Positions 1 to 5,214 of a DNA stretch of 16,417 nucleotides are shown here, in pieces. Both the position numbers and the translations under genes were made by a program. Position 1 is the first letter of the stretch. Every line of letters begins with the position of its first letter. The DNA lies in NCBI GenBank assembly GCA_040222015.1, contig JAVJWO010000062.1, positions 1 to 16,417 on the forward strand. The letters run 5' to 3'. The DNA comes from Coleofasciculus chthonoplastes F2-STO-03 (lineage in GTDB: Bacteria; Cyanobacteriota; Cyanobacteriia; Cyanobacteriales; Coleofasciculaceae). The notes beneath the pieces were generated by a model. That model made no database searches. It was not told where the DNA came from and was given only the letters and a program-made list of their open reading frames with translations.

Positions 1-120
1 GATCGGCTTGATCTTAATGATACCCGCTATCCAGAAGAGGAATCGATCCGAAGTGCGCGAGAACTATGGAAAAGAGTAGGTTTACATCCTCCCAACACTG
101 ATCCTTGCCAATCCGCTTAA
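1..120 (+). CDS. 3' end of an unidentified CDS (partial, runs in from the window edge)
   Basis: Frame +1 is open from base 1 (DRLDLNDTRYPEEESIRSARELWKRVGLHPPNTDPCQSA) to TAA at 118-120, followed directly by a repeat cluster. No family recognised. Confidence 0.4.
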   Translation, partial: DRLDLNDTRYPEEESIRSARELWKRVGLHPPNTDPCQSA

Positions 121-126
121 ACAAGT

Positions 127-159
127 GCGATTAGCTTCGCTAGTGCCGAAGGCAATCGC
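127..159. repeat. SDR5-like 25-nt element inserted in a HIP1 site, copy 1
   Basis: GCGAT-TAGCTTCGCTAGTGCCGAAGGCA-ATCGC; related copies at 1874, 2843 and 2892. Confidence 0.7.
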
Positions 160-245
160 GTTTGGGTTAGGTTGAGGGGAGATTGTGCGATCGCGGGGTG
201 ATAAGATTTGGGTGTGATGTGCGATCGTGTGGTGATTGGGTTGAA

Positions 246-614
246 ATGAGTACATTATTTGACCTACTTGAAAAAATCAAAACCAAACCTGGATTATACC
301 TGGGAACTGCCTCGATTACGAATTTGCGGATGTTCCTTCTTGGCTATCGCTTTGCGCGAATAGAAGCAGGTATCACCAATACTGAAGCCGAAAGTGACTT
401 TTACAAAAACTTCCAACCGTGGCTACAAAACTATTTATCCATCCGTACTGTTAACGCTTGGGACAAACTGATTTTGCTAACCTGTATTGATGAAAAAGCG
501 GCGTTTGACTATTTTTTTCAACTGCTTAATGAGTTTCTGCAACGAGACAAAAGCCAAGATATTGATCCAATGCTGATCGAATCATCCTCAAATGATACCG
601 AACAAGTGGCATAA
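246..614 (+). CDS. Conserved cyanobacterial-type hypothetical protein (122 aa)
   Basis: ATG at 246; the ORF extension to 183 only translates repeat DNA. The pattern LLEKIKTKPGLYLG..SITNL..FL.GY...F..WL...W..LIL...DE..AFD.FF.LL.EF resembles a small helical hypothetical family common in cyanobacteria. Confidence 0.75.
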   Translation: MSTLFDLLEKIKTKPGLYLGTASITNLRMFLLGYRFARIEAGITNTEAESDFYKNFQPWLQNYLSIRTVNAWDKLILLTCIDEKAAFDYFFQLLNEFLQRDKSQDIDPMLIESSSNDTEQVA

Positions 615-807
615 AGTGCGATCACTTATGGGTTGAGGGAGGAGAGTGCGATTCGCGTTTGGGTGAGGTTGAAGGGAGAAAGTGCGATTCGCGCTTATTG
701 AAAAAAATCATAACATCCCCAACCGGGCGTACACTTCCCAATCAGCATACAAAAAAACCAAGTTGTGTTCTATCACGTTATTGGTACGCCTTGTCGAGTA
801 TTTGGAC

Positions 808-859
808 AGATGCTTCGTTTCGTTCCTCCGCTTCGCTGCGGACTCCACTCAGCATGACA
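808..859 (-). repeat. TGTCA/CGTC-tagged REP-like repeat with a nested hairpin
   Basis: Minus strand TGTCATGCTGAGTG...AACGAAGCATCT; internal hairpin TCCGC-TTCGCT-GCGGA at 827-842. Confidence 0.45.
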
Positions 860-1026
860 TATTTCACCTTTAACGGCTACCAGGGAATTCGCTTGGTGAT
901 TGGGTTGAATAGAAGGGATGCGATCGCGGGGTGATAAGATTTGGGAATAGAGTGCGATCGCGTGTTGATTGAGTTGAACAGATGGGATGCGATCCGCGAT
1001 CGTCTCATTGAGTCAATTATATCATT

Positions 1027-1113
1027 GGGCGCAATGTTTGTAATAGGGCGCACGTCATGTTGGTAAAGGGCGCACGTCATGTTAGTAAAGGGCGCACGTC
1101 GGTGCGCCCCTAC
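1027..1113 (-). repeat. GTAG REP (1090-1113) with a tandem 22-bp half-REP array
   Basis: GGGCGCACGTCATGTT(G/A)GTAAA at 1046 and 1068, a degenerate unit at 1027, then the palindrome GGGCGCAC-GTCG-GTGCGCCC-CTAC. Confidence 0.9.
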
Positions 1114-1130
1114 GTGTTTAATGGTTATGT

Positions 1131-1832
1131 ATGAAATATAATCCCCAATTCCATCATCGCCGTTCCATTCGTCTTCCCGGTTTTGATTATGGACAATCGG
1201 GTGCTTATTTTATTACCCTTTGCACCCGCAACAAAGAATGTTGGTTTGGCGAAATTCGGCAAAATAAAATGCATTTAAACCAATTGGGAAAAATCGTTGC
1301 CCAAGAATGGTTAAAAACACCGAAAATCCGACCCGAAATAACCTTAGATGAATGGATAATAATGCCCAATCATATCCACGGCATCATCATTATCCAACAA
1401 ACCGATACAAATGAACCCGTAGGGGCGCACCGACGTGCGCCCTATGACAAACCTGCGCCCTATGACAAACCTGCGCCCAAATACCAACCCGCGCCCTATG
1501 ACAAACCTGCGCCCTATTACCAATCGGGATACTTATTCCATCCTGCACCCAATACCAATCCTGCGCCCTCATCCCCCGATGTTCGTCGTTCCAGCAAATC
1601 CCTCCCCTCAATAATTGCTGGCTTTAAATCCGCCACCACCAAACGCATTAATCAACAGCGAGAAACGCCCAGACTTCCCTTGTGGCAACGCAATTATTAT
1701 GAATCCGTAGTGCGTGATACAGTTCATTTAGAACACATTCGCCATTATATTCGGGCAAATCCGACCCATTGGCAAGATGACCCCGAATTTTCCCAATATG
1801 CTTTAATTAATGACTATGATTTGCCGTTCTAA
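1131..1832 (+). CDS. REP-associated tyrosine transposase (RAYT, Y1/HUH, IS200-like TnpA family)
   Basis: N-terminus HHRRSIRLPGFDY..GAYFITLCT, HUH motif MPNHIHGII, SL.SII.GFKS, LWQRNYYE, catalytic Tyr region HYIRANP; flanked by GTAG REPs. Confidence 0.92.
   Translation: MKYNPQFHHRRSIRLPGFDYGQSGAYFITLCTRNKECWFGEIRQNKMHLNQLGKIVAQEWLKTPKIRPEITLDEWIIMPNHIHGIIIIQQTDTNEPVGAHRRAPYDKPAPYDKPAPKYQPAPYDKPAPYYQSGYLFHPAPNTNPAPSSPDVRRSSKSLPSIIAGFKSATTKRINQQRETPRLPLWQRNYYESVVRDTVHLEHIRHYIRANPTHWQDDPEFSQYALINDYDLPF
1419..1568 (+). repeat. Intragenic GTAG REP (1419-1442) plus an in-frame 18-bp tandem array
   Basis: GTAGGGGCGCACCGACGTGCGCCC is the exact reverse complement of 1090-1113. TGCGCCCTATGACAAACC-type units start at 1436, 1454, 1472, 1490, 1508, (1526 degenerate), 1544 and 1562. 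Confidence 0.9.
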
Positions 1833-1873
1833 TTGAGGCGGGAAGAGGGGAAAAGGAGATGGGGAGAAGGGAT

Positions 1874-1906
1874 GCGATAAGCTTGGCTTGTGCCGAAGGC
1901 GATCGC
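1874..1906. repeat. SDR5-like 25-nt element inserted in HIP1, copy 2
   Basis: GCGAT-AAGCTTGGCTTGTGCCGAAGGCG-ATCGC. Confidence 0.7.
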
Positions 1907-2007
1907 GCGGTGATTGGGTTGAGGAGAAGGGATGCGATCGCTCGTCGATATTGCATGGTGGAATCGTGCCAGATCGTGGATCACTAGAGGCACATACCCA
2001 AAATCGA

Positions 2008-2036
2008 TAGACAAATAATTTTCAGACAATTATCAT
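2008..2036 (+). promoter_or_regulatory. Putative sigma70-type promoter of the TA operon
   Basis: TAGACA (2008-2013), 17-nt spacer, TATCAT (2031-2036), 33 nt upstream of the antitoxin ATG. AGACAA repeats overlapping the promoter are candidate operators. Confidence 0.55.
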
Positions 2037-2069
2037 GGAACTATTCGTCTGTATGATTGGGCGGTAGCC

Positions 2070-2360
2070 ATGTCTCTCAACCTTCGCAACATTCATCCCC
2101 TATCTGACTTTCAACGAAGCGCCAAAGCGTTTTTAACCACTCTCAAAGACACCCAAGCACCCATCGTACTAACGGTGAACGGCAAAGCCGCCGTCGTCGT
2201 CCAAGACGCGGAAAGCTACCAACGCCTCCTAGAACGCATCGAACTCTTAGAATCCCTAGCCGGAATTCGCAAAAGCCTAGATGAATTTGAACAGCATCAG
2301 GGAATGCCCTTAGACGAAGCCTTTGTGCAATTACGTCAAAAGTATGGCATACCGGATTGA
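2070..2360 (+). CDS. Type II TA antitoxin, Phd/YefM family
   Basis: IHPLSDFQR....L..LK...PIVLTVNGKAAVVVQDAESYQ.L is a Phd/YefM signature; overlaps the downstream toxin. Confidence 0.9.
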   Translation: MSLNLRNIHPLSDFQRSAKAFLTTLKDTQAPIVLTVNGKAAVVVQDAESYQRLLERIELLESLAGIRKSLDEFEQHQGMPLDEAFVQLRQKYGIPD

Positions 2361-2694
2361 AATCTCACCCACTGCCATTGCGGATATCGAGGGCATTTTT
2401 CTGTGGATGAAGAACTACTCAATCGATCAAGCTCATCAGTGGGTTAGAGGCTGCTACGAAATCATGCTAACCCTAGAGAACTTTCCCAATCGCTGCCCCC
2501 TCGCCATCGAAAGCCAATACCTAAATCGACCTGTGCGACAATTGCTCTATAAAAAGCAATATCGAATTCTGTTTACAGTGGGTACAGGCAACGCCCCAGA
2601 TAGCCAGGATATGGTGCAAATCCATCGAGTCCTTCGTGCTGCCCAAGAGCGATTGCAAGATTTGTCACAATTGCTTGGTGATGAGGAGGATTGA
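2344..2694 (+). CDS. Type II TA toxin, RelE/ParE family
   Basis: MAYRIEISPTAIADIE...L..FPNRCP.A.E......RQLLY...YRILF....V.I.RV; ATG at 2344 overlaps the antitoxin 3' end. Confidence 0.88.
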   Translation: MAYRIEISPTAIADIEGIFLWMKNYSIDQAHQWVRGCYEIMLTLENFPNRCPLAIESQYLNRPVRQLLYKKQYRILFTVGTGNAPDSQDMVQIHRVLRAAQERLQDLSQLLGDEED

Positions 2695-2700
2695 TATTGA

Positions 2701-2772
2701 TAAAGGGCGCACGTCACCTTGATAAAGGGCGCACGTCACCTTGATAAAGGGCGCACGTCGGTGCGCCCCTAC
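2701..2772 (-). repeat. GTAG REP (2749-2772) with a tandem 22-bp half-REP array
   Basis: GGGCGCACGTCACCTTGATAAA at 2705 and 2727, then the full REP; 2745-2772 is identical to 1086-1113. Confidence 0.9.
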
Positions 2773-2842
2773 AGGCGGACACATTTTCATAAGGCAAAAT
2801 TATACCAGGAAAAAGACGCGATCGCATGGATTTGGATTGAGT

Positions 2843-2924
2843 GCGATAAGCTTCGCTTGTGCCGAAGGCAATCGCATAAAGGAGAAAGGATGCGATAAGC
2901 AACCCTTGTGCCGAAGGCAATCGC
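2843..2924. repeat. SDR5-like 25-nt elements inserted in HIP1, copies 3 (2843-2875) and 4 (2892-2924)
   Basis: GCGAT-AAGCTTCGCTTGTGCCGAAGGCA-ATCGC and GCGAT-AAGCAACCCTTGTGCCGAAGGCA-ATCGC. Confidence 0.7.
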
Positions 2925-3011
2925 GTGGTGATCAGATTTGGGTATGGAGTGCGATGTTTCTTGAACCATCCATAAAACAAAACTGGCAGTCAGATTTCCC
3001 CCTAATTCCCC

Positions 3012-4793
3012 TTAATCTTCAGAAATCCTCAACTCGTGAATATTCCAGAACGCACCCCCTAAAGCCGAATACTCAATCCCCTCGACGCGATCGCGCACAG
3101 CCGTCATCGATAGGGGATTCACCAAATAAATAAAAGGTAAGTGTTCTTTAATCAAACGTTGAGCTTCACCATAAATAGCTTTACGCTTTTCTTCATCCAA
3201 CTCTTGAGACCCTTTAATATAGAGATCACTGATCCCTTGCTCCCAAGGCGCAACCTCCCACCCCTGAATCTCCGGTTGACCAACCGTTGGTTTTTGATTA
3301 AAACTGTGCAATCCACCTTCCGTAGACCAGACATTAGCACTATTATTCGGTTCTAGTCCACCACCCGAAAAACCCAGAAGATGACATTCCCAATCTAAAC
3401 TGTTACTCAGTTTTTCGACCAAAGTACTAAAAGCAATGGGATTAAAATCCACTTGTATGCCAACTTTCGCCAAATCTCGTTTAATTTGCGATCCCATGGC
3501 TTCGCGCAGTTTATTCCCCGCATTGGTAATTAAAGTGAAACGCACGCGATTGCCTTGATCATCCAGGAGTTGTCCTTCATCGTTATACTGGAAACCCGCG
3601 TTTAACAGTAATTCTTTAGCTTTGTCCAGATTATATTCGTAAATTGGCAGTCCTTCTTCGGGAGACAAATAATAAGGACTTTGTACCGGAAGGTTGGAAT
3701 ACTGAGGTTCACCCAATCCCCGAAACGAGTTATCAATCATCGTTCTGCGGTCAATCGCATACGCCACCGCCTGTCTAAATTCCAAGGTATTGAACCAACG
3801 GGATTTCATCGGTTCAATTAAGGGTTCGCCGTCTCGACTGCCTTTGTTAAGATTAAATGAAATAAAACTAGAACTTAGCGTGGGACCGCCAACGTAAATG
3901 TTAAAGTTACTGCGTTCCTCTTCCCGCTTGAGTAGGGAATAGAAATTCGGTGAGACACTAATCGCATCTAACCCACCGGAACGAAACTGCAAAAAGGCAG
4001 TATCCGTAGATTCAACAACTTCCCAGAACAGCCGATTAATATAAGGTTGGGGTTGACCTTGAGATCCTTTACGCCAGTAATAGGGATTGCGGCGAAAGAC
4101 TAAGCGTTGATTGGTATTGTAAAGATCAAGCTGATAAGGACCATTGACCACAATTTTATCCGGGTCAGTATCCACACCCCAAGTGGTCATAAACTTGGGT
4201 CTTCCTTCTTGGTCTTTCTCAGTTATCGTATCCTTAAGGGCGTGGGCGGGTAAAATTGCCAGTCCTGTGGTGCGGAGAAAGGGCGCAAACGGTTCGGGTG
4301 TGGTAAATTCAATTCGCCTCTCATCGAGTTTCCGTACAGTGGGAAAGCCGCGTGTTTCGCCAATTCTGAGAATGTCGCGAATATCGGTGGGAATGTCTTC
4401 GTTGAGATAGATATCGTTATAGGTAAAGACAATATCATCAACGGTTAAGGGTTCTCCATCAGACCACTTTAATCCCTCTCGCAGGGTAAAAACAATCCGC
4501 TGTTGGTTATCGGAGATATCCCAAGACTCAGCCAGAGAGGGTTCAATTTCTCCAGTGATACCATTTTCCGTCACCAGTCCTTCGTAAGTGTAGCCAAAAA
4601 TATTCGGCGACTCCTGAGAGAGGGCGTAGTTAAAGGTTTTGGGGTCACTGAGAATACTGGTCACCAGTTGGGAACCCTGGGCGGCTTGCGAGGTAAAGAG
4701 TGCAGGGTTACAGGCGGACAGTGCGATTGCGACGATACAGGTCAGTAGACTTAGACACCAGCGACGCAGAGGAATGTTTGCCAAGATAGTCAC
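3012..4793 (-). CDS. ABC transporter substrate-binding lipoprotein, family 5 (peptide/nickel)
   Basis: Lipobox LSAC; DPKTFN, EGLV....EPSLAESW, FTLREGLKWSDGEPLTVDDIVFTY, NGPY, FRQAVAYAIDR motifs. Confidence 0.93.
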   Translation of the reverse strand: MTILANIPLRRWCLSLLTCIVAIALSACNPALFTSQAAQGSQLVTSILSDPKTFNYALSQESPNIFGYTYEGLVTENGITGEIEPSLAESWDISDNQQRIVFTLREGLKWSDGEPLTVDDIVFTYNDIYLNEDIPTDIRDILRIGETRGFPTVRKLDERRIEFTTPEPFAPFLRTTGLAILPAHALKDTITEKDQEGRPKFMTTWGVDTDPDKIVVNGPYQLDLYNTNQRLVFRRNPYYWRKGSQGQPQPYINRLFWEVVESTDTAFLQFRSGGLDAISVSPNFYSLLKREEERSNFNIYVGGPTLSSSFISFNLNKGSRDGEPLIEPMKSRWFNTLEFRQAVAYAIDRRTMIDNSFRGLGEPQYSNLPVQSPYYLSPEEGLPIYEYNLDKAKELLLNAGFQYNDEGQLLDDQGNRVRFTLITNAGNKLREAMGSQIKRDLAKVGIQVDFNPIAFSTLVEKLSNSLDWECHLLGFSGGGLEPNNSANVWSTEGGLHSFNQKPTVGQPEIQGWEVAPWEQGISDLYIKGSQELDEEKRKAIYGEAQRLIKEHLPFIYLVNPLSMTAVRDRVEGIEYSALGGAFWNIHELRISED

Positions 4794-4822
4794 GAATCCG
4801 ATTCAATGCTTACAACCTAATT

Positions 4823-4862
4823 GTAGAGACGATAGTAGAGACGCGCCATGGCGCGTCTCTAC
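4823..4862. repeat. Second GTAG REP family: perfect 28-bp palindrome plus a duplicated arm
   Basis: GTAGAGACGCGCCATGGCGCGTCTCTAC at 4835-4862, preceded by GTAGAGACG at 4823-4831; identical palindrome at 11277-11304. Confidence 0.9.
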
Positions 4863-4884
4863 AACTGTTAGGCTTGAGCCATCT

Positions 4885-5056
4885 GCATCACAAAGGACAA
4901 GTGACGTCCTCCTACACCGACCCTACGGGTACGGTTGTAGGCTTCCTTTGGGGTTCCGTTTCAGAACGACGCTTCCGGCGTTTTATAGTGGGGAATACGC
5001 AAGAGCCCACTTCTTGCTTATTGCAAGAGAAACTGTAGTTATGGAATTTAGTTTTT
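4885..5056 (-). ncRNA. Putative TnpB omegaRNA (reRNA)-like scaffold plus flank-derived guide
   Basis: Serial stem-loops (5012-5028, 4987-5011, ~4953-4978, 4911-4941) end at the element right end, downstream of a candidate promoter. Both RNA ends are approximate. Confidence 0.5.
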
Positions 5057-5214
5057 GCTGTCAATTTACCAGCTTTTACAGCTTTGTCAATGAAATACAA
5101 AAACAATTTACCCTTAATATTAGCTTACAACTTGCTTGTTGTAAGCTAATAAACTGGCGATTCATCCCACGCTCAATCGAAGATTAGAGCGTGGGGAACC
5201 TATCGCCGGATAAG
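4901..5214 (-). mobile_element. Non-autonomous IS200/IS605-family mini-element (no tnpA or tnpB)
   Basis: Minus-strand right end GAAG-CCTACAACCGTACCCGTAGGGTCGGTGTAGG-AGGACG-TCAC. Left-end hairpin CCCACGCTC...GAGCGTGGG at 5166-5195 with outer GGCGAT/ATCGCC. 4901-4995 matches 16323-16417 at 94/95 nt, with identity stopping exactly at TCAC. The left boundary is inferred. Confidence 0.8.
5063..5090 (-). promoter_or_regulatory. Putative promoter inside the mini-element
   Basis: Minus strand TTGACA (5090-5085), 16 nt, TAAATT (5068-5063) with an extended TGn; a second TTGACA at 5064-5059. Confidence 0.45.

Noticed and set aside
183..245. N-terminal extension of the 143-aa ORF
   Set aside because: It translates HIP1-anchored repeat DNA; ATG 246 begins the protein-like sequence.
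659..1080. Short ORFs 659-934, 682-873 and 877-1080
   Set aside because: They run through repeat elements, use non-ATG starts and show no recognisable motifs.
1027..1113. CRISPR array interpretation of the 22-bp and 18-bp arrays
   Set aside because: Units are too short, the fillers are near-identical rather than unique spacers, and there are no cas genes. A REP origin explains them.
2714..3133. ORFs 2714-2980, 2741-3133 and 2787-2969
   Set aside because: They are translations of REP, SDR and HIP1 repeats or overlap the ABC gene antisense.
4639..5187. ORFs 4639-5187 (+) and 4912-5106 (-) as transposase or TnpB
   Set aside because: No HUH, RuvC or Zn-finger motifs. At most the basic tail of the minus ORF is a vestige of a tnpB 3' end.
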